DNA of 64,000 nt from NCBI GenBank assembly GCA_964469505.1, contig CAYXZO010000002.1, positions 15,923 through 79,922 of the forward strand, given 5' to 3'. The stretch comes from an uncultured Lentisphaeria bacterium. GTDB lineage: Bacteria > Fidelibacterota > UBA8477 > JABMPR01. The position numbers and the translations under genes are program-made. Below, in pieces: positions 9,272 to 18,400 of this stretch; position 1 is the stretch's first letter; every line of letters begins with the position of its first letter. Below the pieces are notes generated by a model. The model did not search any database. It worked only from the letters and a program-made list of their open reading frames with translations, and had not been told where the DNA came from.

Positions 9272-10449
9272 GCTGCCTGGTGCTGCTCCAACTTTTCCAA
9301 TAAGGCAAAACCACGCCCCACGATATTTCCCATCCCAAACACTAACGTGTGGGGCGGGAGCTGACGGAGGGTTTTCACCACTTCCTCAGGCTGTGATTCC
9401 TCCGGGAAAAGATACAGGTTGGCGCCGAATTGCTTTTCCAATTCTTTCCTTAATTTCGCGGAGGCTTCTCCAATGTAAATCAATCGCTGCGGACGAATGG
9501 CGTCGGTTACCAGCTCCAGTAATTGCCTGGTGCGGGAGCGTCTATCAGTGCGCGTGTTGAGTAAAACCGCGATATGGTGAGGATCGAAATCGGGGCGGGA
9601 AGTAACCAGCTCCCAAATCTGAGCTGTAGATTGGGGATCATTAGCGGCGAAGGCATTCGCGAAGTACAAAGGTTCACCCGTAAGTGAAGTGAATCGCATG
9701 ATGCGTAGGGCACCCGGATCCGGAGCCATCTTCCGCATTCCTTCCAGGGCTTGCTCCGCGTCAACCCCTAAATGGGTACACACGGCCAGCGCCAAAGCCA
9801 CATTGTCCCGATGTTCCAAATAGGTGAAATCTCTTAAAACTTCTTCAGGCAATTCAGCGGGATCGACCAGGTGGAAAGAAGTTCCTCTTTGGTCTGCAAT
9901 GCGGCGGTATAAATCGGCGAAATGCTTTTCGGTAGTAAAAAAATGCCCCCGACGAGGGATGGTATTGGCAAGGCTGCGGGCGATCTGCTCCAGGGTGGGG
10001 CCCATTTCTTCCAGGTGGTCCGGCCGTACATTGGTAATAACCCCATGAGTGGCTCGGATCATTTGATGCTCCGTTATCCACTGGTAAGCAGGTTGAACCG
10101 CCATGCATTCCATGACCACCGCCTGGGGATAGAACCGTCCGAAATACCGCAGGAAACGCGTTTGCTCTCCAATTCCCGCTCCTCCAAGGCGCTGAATGGG
10201 ATGATCCTTTCCCAGGAGGTCAATTATTCGGGGTTGAGAGCCGGTGGTTTTAGCCCAGGTTGCCATACCTCCGGCTCTAAGTCCGGCGGCAATCAGTCTG
10301 GTTACACTTGATTTCCCACGAGTTCCATTCACATGAATTCGATAAGGTATCCGTCTTACGGCCCGATCTAGTTCTACCCGCTCCCAGCCCAGCCAGGTTA
10401 ACATCCCGCCCAGCAATACCCCCAGGCCAACTAACGGATCAGTCATGTT
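9268..10449 (-). CDS. pgsB: Poly-γ-glutamate synthetase PgsB/CapB (Mur-ligase family amide ligase)
   Basis: IHVNGTRGKSSVTRL (ATP-binding P-loop), VMECMAVQPAYQ and VITNVRPDHLEEMGPTLEQIA match B. subtilis PgsB (INGIRGKSTVTRL, VSECMAVNPDYQ, VNVLEDHMDVMGPTLDEIA). The start is ATG at 10449 (MTDPLVGLG...), preceded by GGGAAGGGAG. Confidence 0.9.
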   Translation of the reverse strand, partial: NMTDPLVGLGVLLGGMLTWLGWERVELDRAVRRIPYRIHVNGTRGKSSVTRLIAAGLRAGGMATWAKTTGSQPRIIDLLGKDHPIQRLGGAGIGEQTRFLRYFGRFYPQAVVMECMAVQPAYQWITEHQMIRATHGVITNVRPDHLEEMGPTLEQIARSLANTIPRRGHFFTTEKHFADLYRRIADQRGTSFHLVDPAELPEEVLRDFTYLEHRDNVALALAVCTHLGVDAEQALEGMRKMAPDPGALRIMRFTSLTGEPLYFANAFAANDPQSTAQIWELVTSRPDFDPHHIAVLLNTRTDRRSRTRQLLELVTDAIRPQRLIYIGEASAKLRKELEKQFGANLYLFPEESQPEEVVKTLRQLPPHTLVFGMGNIVGRGFALLEKLEQHQAA

Positions 10450-10562
10450 ATTTGCTCCCTTCCCGGCCTCCAGCGGTTTAGCTGCCGGAAATATACGCAC
10501 CCGAGTCAGGGAATTAAGTCGTAATCAAATGCCCCCTATGAAGTCATTAAAATGTATTAAAT

Positions 10563-10588
10563 AGCGGGGCGCACTTTGGCGCCCCGCT
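10563..10588 (-). terminator. GC-rich hairpin downstream of the cytochrome c gene
   Basis: AGCGGGGCGC-actttg-GCGCCCCGCT is a perfect 10-bp stem. Only an AU-rich tail follows, not a clean U-run. Confidence 0.5.
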
Positions 10589-10613
10589 CACAAAGCATTC
10601 TTGTGGACCGGTT

Positions 10614-11072
10614 TTAGGAGTTGGTTTTTACCGAATCTTGAACGTGAATTGTTCGTACGTAAGCGATTATATCCTGAATATCAGCATCTTTCAGCGAGGG
10701 ATTACCACCCTTGGGAGGCATAGCGATGCCAGTGGTATTGAGGGGATCGCTAGGACCCCTACCTTGTTTAACAAATTCAACCAACTCGGCATCGGTTTTC
10801 TCGCTAACGAACTTGCTGCGGGTGAGGTCTTTACCCAGGTTGGGCAACCCCTTGGCATCCGGGCCATGACATGCAGCACAGGTCTGCAAATAGAGAGATT
10901 TGCCATTAGCCGCATCCGGCGTGTGAGGCGGTGCAGGTTTCTGCGTTTCGGCCGCTTGCGGTTTGGGTGCAGCTTCTTGCTTGTCACCTTTTCCCCCACA
11001 TCCTACCAGTAGGGCCAATCCCAGCACGGCTGTCAATACAGGCGTGACCAATTTGAACTTACGCGACATCTT
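10614..11072 (-). CDS. Class I c-type cytochrome, lipoprotein
   Basis: Haem-binding CAACH motif. The lipobox LLVGC follows the signal peptide MSRKFKLVTPVLTAVLGLALLVGC. Confidence 0.8.
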   Translation of the reverse strand, partial: KMSRKFKLVTPVLTAVLGLALLVGCGGKGDKQEAAPKPQAAETQKPAPPHTPDAANGKSLYLQTCAACHGPDAKGLPNLGKDLTRSKFVSEKTDAELVEFVKQGRGPSDPLNTTGIAMPPKGGNPSLKDADIQDIIAYVRTIHVQDSVKTNS

Positions 11073-11292
11073 ATTCCCTTTCTTATTGATCTTGAAGTTT
11101 ATGTACTTTGAAACATTCCGTTCATCGCGGCCCAAGTATAACTGCGCTAAGTCATTACCACAATCATTTCAGTTCATAAGCCCTAACAACACTAACCTCA
11201 TTTAGTGCTCTAAGAAGCTGAAACGGTTTACCAATCTCCCTTTTTCTTTTTTTTCCGGGAGTTACGTAAATTATACCCAGGCAAGGGAAGTA

Positions 11293-12525
11293 ATGCATAA
11301 CTCCTTTTACGCACAATTTGATGAGGAAACTTACGGTACGCGCCACATCGCACCGGGTGAATACCGTACCCCCTTTGAAATCGATCGCGATCGCGTAATT
11401 CATTCCACCGCCTTTCGCCGGCTTCAGGGGAAAACTCAGGTTTACATCACCGGCCGCGGCGACCAATACCGCACCCGTCTTACCCACTCCATCGAAGTGG
11501 CCCAAATAGGTCGCTCAATGGTGAATTACCTTAACCGAGTACACCTGAAAGGCGGGTTGGAGTTCGCCATTGATGGAGCCCTGGTAGAGGCAGCATGTCT
11601 GGCCCACGATCTGGGTAATCCGCCCATGGGACATAAAGGAGAAGCTCGTCTTAACCAGCTTATGGCCCCCTGGGGAGGGTTTGAGGGTAATGCGCAAAGC
11701 CTACGTATTTTAACCAGGATCATTCGGGGTGAATCACACCGGGGCAAACGGGGTGGGTTGGCACCAACCCGTGCTTTTCTCGATGGGGTTCTAAAATACA
11801 AGGTACTCCGGACAGGTCCCCAGTCAACCCAAACCAAATTTTTATATCCTGACCAGCGGGAAATTCTGGAATGGGTTCACAACGGCCAGGAACTAACGGA
11901 GCGCAGCCTAGAATGTGCCATTATGGATCTGAGTGATGATATAGCCTACTGCACTTCGGATTTGTTCGATGGTTACAAACAAGGGCTGGTAACTCCTACA
12001 ACAGTAGCCGCTTTCTTTGAAAAACAGGGAAGCGCACCTGGGGTGGAATATCTTAGAGAAGCCCTCGAACAAGTCTTTCGCCGGGAAAAATCCTTGGAAA
12101 GAACCGTGGCAGGTTTGGTTGGATTTTTCATCACCTCCTGCTATCTGGAAGAAATTCACAATCCACCCTTGGTCAGTAATCGCTACCGTTACTGCCCTAA
12201 AATGCGGGAAGAAGCACGGGTAGTACTGGAAATGTTACGCAAAATGAATTTCCAGCTGATATATCACTCACCCCTGGTCAGAGAACAAGAACAGGAGGGG
12301 GTTGCGATTCTCGAAGCCGTGTTTAAAGCCTATCAAGAAGTGTACTATGAGCAGCGTCCCTGGCCCTCACTACTACCTCTCCCTCCCTACTTGAAGCAGG
12401 TTTTGGCAACTCCGAAACTGTCGGAACCGGAAGCCATGCGCAGAATTTGCGACCATATCGCCGGGATGACCGACAGTTACGTTCAATACCAATTTGCCGC
12501 TTTCAATCTCAAGCTCACTTCATGA
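11293..12525 (+). CDS. dgt: dGTP triphosphohydrolase-like HD-domain protein
   Basis: HSTAFRRLQGKTQV and RLTHSIEVAQIGRS motifs (HD motif), AHDLGNPPMGH, and the overall Dgt architecture. Confidence 0.85.
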   Translation: MHNSFYAQFDEETYGTRHIAPGEYRTPFEIDRDRVIHSTAFRRLQGKTQVYITGRGDQYRTRLTHSIEVAQIGRSMVNYLNRVHLKGGLEFAIDGALVEAACLAHDLGNPPMGHKGEARLNQLMAPWGGFEGNAQSLRILTRIIRGESHRGKRGGLAPTRAFLDGVLKYKVLRTGPQSTQTKFLYPDQREILEWVHNGQELTERSLECAIMDLSDDIAYCTSDLFDGYKQGLVTPTTVAAFFEKQGSAPGVEYLREALEQVFRREKSLERTVAGLVGFFITSCYLEEIHNPPLVSNRYRYCPKMREEARVVLEMLRKMNFQLIYHSPLVREQEQEGVAILEAVFKAYQEVYYEQRPWPSLLPLPPYLKQVLATPKLSEPEAMRRICDHIAGMTDSYVQYQFAAFNLKLTS

Positions 12526-15440
12526 CCGTTACCATCTCAAGAATCGCTAAAACTCCATTTACCAAGCTTTTCCAGAGCACTGCCATTCTTTGCGCAACAT
12601 TGCTAGGAACCTTGCCTACCTTCGGCAAAGAATTGCCGCTCAGGATTTACGATCCGGAAAAATATCTGGTTCAATCGCAGGTCAAATGCCTGTTGGAAAC
12701 CAGCAATCACCAGATCTGGGTCGGGACGCTGGGGGGAATCAACATTTTCACCGGAGGAAGCAACTACCAATTGACCACCAAAGATGGCCTGCCCAGTGGC
12801 TGGATAAACGCCCTACTTGAGTATCCCGACGGGGTGGTTTGGATCGGCACCAAAGGCGGACTGGCGAAGGTCACTGTTGACCAGCCCCAAGCGGTGCTGC
12901 TCATTCGAGGTAGCACTGCTCTGGAAATCCGCTCGCTGGGAGTATTTCAGGGAAAAGTTCTGGCGGGTACTTTTCAGAAGGGCATCTTTCAGGCAGAACA
13001 AGATAGTCTAGTTCCCTGGTCCCAAGCCGGTAACCTTTCTGGTTATCCTGTCTATGACCTCTGTTCAAATAAAGACACTTTATGGCTGGCTACCTACCAG
13101 GGGATTATTGAATATCATGATACAACGATCACGCGTTTGCTTCCTCAACAGATAGTTCTTTCCCTGGAATATTGGCGTAAAGCTATCTGGGCTGGCACCA
13201 CCGACGGCTTGTTCCGGATAGTCAGCGATAAGGCCCAAAAAGTGAAAGGGGAGATGATTATCCCCGACATGACCTCTGGTTCTGATAAACTGCTGATTAG
13301 CTCTTATTTCAGCGGCTTGCTGACGTTGGAAAATGGTCAATGGCATAACTACGACTCCCATAACGGCCTCCCGGAAACTTTTTATAAAGCCGTATTGATA
13401 GATCACCAGGGAAGCATATGGTTGGGAACCGATGGTATCGGTTTGATCCAGATTCTACCCTACCCCATCGTTAATTATGGGCCTACCTCAGGTTTAAGCA
13501 ACTCAATGGTAAACTACATCTCATTTACCCCGGAAAACTGGGTAGTGGTGAGTACTGATGAAGGCGTTTACATCAGCCATGACAAAGTTGATTTCAAACT
13601 CTTAGAGGAATCTTCTGGTTCCCGGGTATGGGCTTGCGTTCCTTACTATGGCGGCAGATTCCTGATGGGCACCGACGAAGGCACCTTCATCCTGTCAAAG
13701 TCCGGTAAAAAGGAACGAAAGATCTGGCCTTTCGCACTACTTGACGCCCTGACAGATGGTGATACCGTATGGGCCGCTACAGAACGAGGTCCCTGGATGG
13801 AAGTCAATGGAAAATGGCAACCAGTTTCTGGCGTTCCAGTTATTACCGGTGTCTATTGCCACGCCTTAACTCGGGGGCTGCGGGGCATCTGGTTTGCTAC
13901 CGCTGATGGTTTGTTGCTGATTCAGGGGAACGAAATCACCAGATGGAGGGACTCCACCAACCAAGCCCGCAACATGGTTTGGGATGTGGTGGCCGATGGG
14001 CAGGGCTACCTGTGGGTTGGAACCGACGGCGGCCTCATGAGAATAAGAGAGGACCTGCAGGGAGCCAGCTGGTTTACGGAAGCTGGCTCCGGATTTCCCT
14101 CGGATATTATCTATTCGCTGGTGTTGATCGGTCCCCGCGATTTATGGTGTGGGTCAGCCAAAGGGCTTTTACACCTGACCAAATTCCACTGGGAATTGTT
14201 TGATTTCAATGACGGACTACCGCAGAATGAATTCAACAGTAACGCTTTGGCTTATCACGACTCAAAACTATGGGCGGGTGGCATAAAAGGTCTCACCTGT
14301 ATTTCCAACCTGGCTGCGCTCAATCACCCGATTCCCCGCTGTTACCCCACCCGTTTTTATGAGAACGAAGAATCGGTGAGAACCTGGGCCTCCGAATATC
14401 CGTCCGATCCGCCTACTTTAAAAGTGGACCTGGGAACCGACGATTTCCTATGTCCCCGCCCGGTTTTCCGCTGGCGACTAAACCCGCAGGAATCCCAATG
14501 GATAGAACTTAAGAATGCTCACCAACTACAACTCTCAGCTCTCTCTCCCGGCCATTACCAGCCCCAGGTTCAGGCTGGAGATGGTCGTCGCTGGGGACCT
14601 ATCACTAATTTACCAGCTTTTGCCGTAGCACCGCCCTTGTGGCAACGTGGCTGGTTCCAAACCTTATTAGCCTTAATAGTAGCACTTTTGACCCTAGAAA
14701 TCTCCGCAGCCCTAACAGAAAACAGGCGACGACAAGAATTATTACGTCGGCAAAGTGAGCAGATTCAATTAGCCCGAATCTTTAATCAAGGCCTACTTCC
14801 CCTTGAAGAGAAATCTATCCCCGGGTTAAAAGTCTCCGTCGTAACTCATCCGCGGGAAGAATTCAGTGGCGATTTTTATGTACTGTTAAACCTCGGGAAT
14901 GACCGCTTTGCCCTTGTATTGGGGGACGTTGCCGGCCATGGGCTTGAGACGAGTTACCTCAATACCTTTGTAAAAATTGACCTGCAAGAAGTAAGGGACA
15001 AACGACATTCCTTGGATGAATGGTTGTCCCACTTGAATCGCAAATTATATCTGGTGCAAAAGCAGGGGCTAAACATCGCCCTGACCATTTTGGAGTATGA
15101 AACTTATACCAAGAAAAGTCGCATCTTTCTGGCTGGTAACCCAGCCCCCTGGTTATTGAACGCAAATGAAGAATTACAAACGCTGGATATTTCGGGCCAC
15201 CCTCCCCTGGGAGTTTTCCCGGAATTGCAACCCCATTGGACCCCTTTGCCGGAAGGGTGGCAAGCACTGCTCCTATTTACTGATGGATTTGAATTTCATC
15301 CATACGGCTCAGCTTTGTCCCAGCACATCCAGCATTTGCAGGCAGGAAATCTTGAAAAGCTGATAGCTCTAGAATCCACCACGGTCAATCCATCAGAACG
15401 GGACGACTGGACGGTAGTGCTCCTTTGCCATCTCAGCTAA
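12522..15440 (+). CDS. Membrane regulator with a periplasmic two-component-regulator-propeller/Y_Y_Y domain, one TM helix, and a cytoplasmic SpoIIE/PP2C-type phosphatase domain
   Basis: Repeated WxGTxxGL propeller blades. A TM helix WFQTLLALIVALLTLEISAAL is followed by a PP2C/SpoIIE signature (GDFYVLLNLGNDRFALVLGDVAGHGLETS). The start is ATG at 12522, in an ATGA overlap with the dgt stop. Confidence 0.8.
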   Translation: MTVTISRIAKTPFTKLFQSTAILCATLLGTLPTFGKELPLRIYDPEKYLVQSQVKCLLETSNHQIWVGTLGGINIFTGGSNYQLTTKDGLPSGWINALLEYPDGVVWIGTKGGLAKVTVDQPQAVLLIRGSTALEIRSLGVFQGKVLAGTFQKGIFQAEQDSLVPWSQAGNLSGYPVYDLCSNKDTLWLATYQGIIEYHDTTITRLLPQQIVLSLEYWRKAIWAGTTDGLFRIVSDKAQKVKGEMIIPDMTSGSDKLLISSYFSGLLTLENGQWHNYDSHNGLPETFYKAVLIDHQGSIWLGTDGIGLIQILPYPIVNYGPTSGLSNSMVNYISFTPENWVVVSTDEGVYISHDKVDFKLLEESSGSRVWACVPYYGGRFLMGTDEGTFILSKSGKKERKIWPFALLDALTDGDTVWAATERGPWMEVNGKWQPVSGVPVITGVYCHALTRGLRGIWFATADGLLLIQGNEITRWRDSTNQARNMVWDVVADGQGYLWVGTDGGLMRIREDLQGASWFTEAGSGFPSDIIYSLVLIGPRDLWCGSAKGLLHLTKFHWELFDFNDGLPQNEFNSNALAYHDSKLWAGGIKGLTCISNLAALNHPIPRCYPTRFYENEESVRTWASEYPSDPPTLKVDLGTDDFLCPRPVFRWRLNPQESQWIELKNAHQLQLSALSPGHYQPQVQAGDGRRWGPITNLPAFAVAPPLWQRGWFQTLLALIVALLTLEISAALTENRRRQELLRRQSEQIQLARIFNQGLLPLEEKSIPGLKVSVVTHPREEFSGDFYVLLNLGNDRFALVLGDVAGHGLETSYLNTFVKIDLQEVRDKRHSLDEWLSHLNRKLYLVQKQGLNIALTILEYETYTKKSRIFLAGNPAPWLLNANEELQTLDISGHPPLGVFPELQPHWTPLPEGWQALLLFTDGFEFHPYGSALSQHIQHLQAGNLEKLIALESTTVNPSERDDWTVVLLCHLS

Positions 15441-15522
15441 TTCTTCGGCCGCAACAGTTGTCTCCCATCATAATCCGTTTAATTTTGCCATCCATGTCGG
15501 TTTGTAACAAAGGAGTTTTAAA

Positions 15523-16278
15523 ATGAAAATCGTGGTCACTGCCAAACAGGTTCCTGACACGGAAACAAAGGTGGTCATTGATTCCACCGGGAAACGGCTG
15601 GACCCCGCGGGGGTAAAAATGATTCTTAATCCATATGATGAATTCGCTGTGGAAGAAGCCCTCCGCATTAAAGAAAAAACTGGCGAAGGTGAAGTAATTG
15701 TCCTGGGCATCGGCAATGCCGATTCAGCCTCGGCCCTACGCTCAGCCCTGGCCATGGGGGCCGACAGGGGGATTCTTCTGGAACTGGACGATTTCGCCAT
15801 GCGGGACAGTTACCAACTGGCCAATTTACTGGCGGCCGAAATTCGCGAGCTGGCGCCGGACTTAGTTCTGGCCGGCAAAATAGCCATTGATGATTACGGT
15901 CACCAGGTCCCAGCCATGGTAGCCGCTCTACTAGATTGGCCTTTGATTACTCTGGCGCGGCAAATCACTTTAGAGGAGAACCAAGTAGTTGTAGAAAGAG
16001 ACATTGAAGGCGGTCGTGAAACACTGAAAGCTGCCCTGCCCTGTGTCATTACCGCTGAAAAAGGGCTGAATGAACCGCGCTATCCTTCACTACGCGGTAT
16101 AATGCAGGCCAAACGTAAACCGTTGGATACTAGGGCCGTTTCTATTGAAGGCGAAAGTATTCAGATTCTTGAAATGACCTATCCCCAACAGAAACCACCC
16201 GGGCGAATCGTGGGAGAAGGTCCGGATGCTGTACCGGAATTAGTTCGCATGTTACACCAAGAAGCTAAAGTGATATAA
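15523..16278 (+). CDS. etfB: Electron transfer flavoprotein β subunit
   Basis: N-terminus MKIVVTAKQVPDTETKVVIDS... is the EtfB signature. RBS AAAGGAG upstream. Confidence 0.9.
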   Translation: MKIVVTAKQVPDTETKVVIDSTGKRLDPAGVKMILNPYDEFAVEEALRIKEKTGEGEVIVLGIGNADSASALRSALAMGADRGILLELDDFAMRDSYQLANLLAAEIRELAPDLVLAGKIAIDDYGHQVPAMVAALLDWPLITLARQITLEENQVVVERDIEGGRETLKAALPCVITAEKGLNEPRYPSLRGIMQAKRKPLDTRAVSIEGESIQILEMTYPQQKPPGRIVGEGPDAVPELVRMLHQEAKVI

Positions 16279-16288
16279 GGGGGTAGTC

Positions 16289-17260
16289 ATGGCTAAAATC
16301 GTAGTATTCGCTGAGCAGCGGGAGCAAAAGCTGAAAAAATTCGCTCTGGAAGCGGTTTCCACTGGATATCGCCTTGCCCAGGCCAAAGGTGAAAATCCGG
16401 CCATAGTTTACGTGGGAGAATTAAGCGACGAAAATCGGGCCCAGTTAGCCGCCGCCGGTGCAGGTGAAATCTGGGTTCCTGAGAATGCCCAACTGGCCGC
16501 CTACAGCCCCGATGGATATGCTGCTTTAATACAAGCCGCCCTGGACCAGCTCCAACCGGAGGTTATTCTTTTCTCAGCTTCCGCCATGGGAAAGGAGCTG
16601 GCCCCCCTGGTCGCCGCTAAATATCAAACCGCCGTTCTAAGTGACGTGACCGCTGTTGATTGGGAAGGAGACCAGCTCACGGTAACACGCCCGGTCTATG
16701 CCGGTAAGGCTTTCCTGAAAATCGCTGCTGTCAAGATGCCAGCGATAGTTACCCTGCGTCCCAATGTCTTTCCCTTCGAAGAGCACAACGCTGCTGGGGA
16801 AGTGCGCTCTTTCACTGCTCCGTCTATTGATCCCAAAGCGGTAGTGATAAAAACCGAAATGAAAGCCTCTACCCGACCGGAATTGACGGAAGCTTCCATC
16901 ATTGTTTCCGGCGGACGGGGCATGGGCGGACCTGAGAACTACACCGTTATTGAAGCCCTGGCGGATACTCTGGGGGCAGCTGTAGGAGCTTCCCGGGCCG
17001 CTGTGGATGCCGGCTGGCGCCCCCACTCCGACCAAGTTGGGCAAACGGGTAAAACGGTCTCGCCCGATCTGTACATCGCCTGTGGTATATCCGGCGCCAT
17101 TCAACATCTGGCTGGTATGTCCTCCTCGAAAGTCATCGTGGCCATCAACACCGATCCCGATGCTCCTATTTTCCAGGTGGCGGATTACGGCATCGTGGGC
17201 GATCTGTTCGAAGTGGTTCCCGCACTAGACGCTGAGATAAAAAAGCTAAAAGAAGCTTGA
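16289..17260 (+). CDS. etfA: Electron transfer flavoprotein α subunit
   Basis: C-terminal FAD-binding region (PDLYIACGISGAIQHLAGM) and its position directly after etfB. Confidence 0.9.
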   Translation: MAKIVVFAEQREQKLKKFALEAVSTGYRLAQAKGENPAIVYVGELSDENRAQLAAAGAGEIWVPENAQLAAYSPDGYAALIQAALDQLQPEVILFSASAMGKELAPLVAAKYQTAVLSDVTAVDWEGDQLTVTRPVYAGKAFLKIAAVKMPAIVTLRPNVFPFEEHNAAGEVRSFTAPSIDPKAVVIKTEMKASTRPELTEASIIVSGGRGMGGPENYTVIEALADTLGAAVGASRAAVDAGWRPHSDQVGQTGKTVSPDLYIACGISGAIQHLAGMSSSKVIVAINTDPDAPIFQVADYGIVGDLFEVVPALDAEIKKLKEA

Positions 17261-17330
17261 CGCTTACAGTTACAGGAGACAAGGGTGGACAGCAGTCCAC
17301 CCTTTTTTGCATTAAAGGAAAAGCTTACTG

Positions 17331-18023
17331 ATGGAAATTAACCAGTTACCCGCCCCGGCCGGGATGTTATTCGACCTGGATGGAACCTTGGTGGACACCG
17401 GGGACGATATAACCCATCACCTCAATAAGGCCCTCGCCGATTTCGCCCTACCGGCTCTAACCAGAGCGGAGATACTGCAACATGTGGGATTCGGCGCCCC
17501 ATACCTGGTGGAGCACACTTTAGAGAAGCTGCAAGTGCCTGCGGGGGAACGTGAAAAACTTGTCCCTCGAGTTTTAAATTTGTTTCGTTCCCGCTACGAA
17601 AAAGAGCCGGTGGTAAAGGCGCGATTGTATCCCGGAACTCGCGAGCTATTGACCTTTTTAAGGAATCACCAGATTGCCCTGGGAGTGGTTTCCAACAAGC
17701 CGCGCCCCCAAGTCCGGAAAGTGATTTCACACTTTAAACTTGAGGAATATTTCAAGTTCGCTTGGGGCCGGGAAGACGTTTCCCATCCCAAACCGGATCC
17801 ACGGGCGGTGGCGGAAGCCGCCGATCGCCTCCTAGTCAGCGGTACCATTTGGTTTGTGGGTGACAGCCAGGCTGATCTGGAGGCCGCTCTGGGAGCCGGA
17901 GCAGTGGCCGTAGGAGTCTTGCATGGCTTTTTCACCAAAGACATACTGTCGCCTCTAAAACCGCATCTATTGGTGAATGACTTTATAGAGCTCCTCCACA
18001 TTCTTAAGAAAAAACTGCTATGA
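17331..18023 (+). CDS. HAD-superfamily hydrolase (phosphoglycolate phosphatase-like)
   Basis: Motif I LFDLDGTLVDT, motif II VVSNKP, motif III/IV VGDSQADLEAA. Confidence 0.8.
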   Translation: MEINQLPAPAGMLFDLDGTLVDTGDDITHHLNKALADFALPALTRAEILQHVGFGAPYLVEHTLEKLQVPAGEREKLVPRVLNLFRSRYEKEPVVKARLYPGTRELLTFLRNHQIALGVVSNKPRPQVRKVISHFKLEEYFKFAWGREDVSHPKPDPRAVAEAADRLLVSGTIWFVGDSQADLEAALGAGAVAVGVLHGFFTKDILSPLKPHLLVNDFIELLHILKKKLL

Positions 18024-18348
18024 AAAGCTGTAGTGGCACCTTTGATTGGATTAACGTCATAAAAATTCCTCAGATACCTGAGGTTCATTAATCGGGATCT
18101 GGCCTTCTTGGTTACAGCTTCCATGGGCAACCGGGCCCCTCGAAACGAGAAAGAACGCTAAACGCCGACATGGGCGCCTTTTTCTTAAGGAAATAAAAAA
18201 GCAGGCAAACCCTTTAATGCTGAGTTCACCCGTCGGCGGGGGCTAGCCACAGATCTCGATTGTCTTAATAGCATTACCCAACCAGAAAACCAGAAAGAGC
18301 CTTTTCAAGCAATATTAAAAGGCGGAATAAACCCTAGTCGTTATGTAT

Positions 18349-18378
18349 TAAATAAAAAGCCCGGCGGTTGCCGGGCTT
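18349..18378 (-). terminator. Rho-independent terminator of the 18401-19474 gene
   Basis: On the minus strand, GCCCGGCAACCGCCGGGCT is followed by TTTTTATTT. An 8-bp GC stem closes a tetraloop. Confidence 0.75.
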
Positions 18379-18400
18379 AACGTAAGAATCAGCTTCTTGC

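Noticed and set aside
12447-12521. Upstream extension of the propeller-phosphatase ORF
   Set aside because: The extension would overlap dgt by 79 nt. The ATG at 12522 gives a canonical ATGA stop/start overlap and begins right before the hydrophobic N-terminus.
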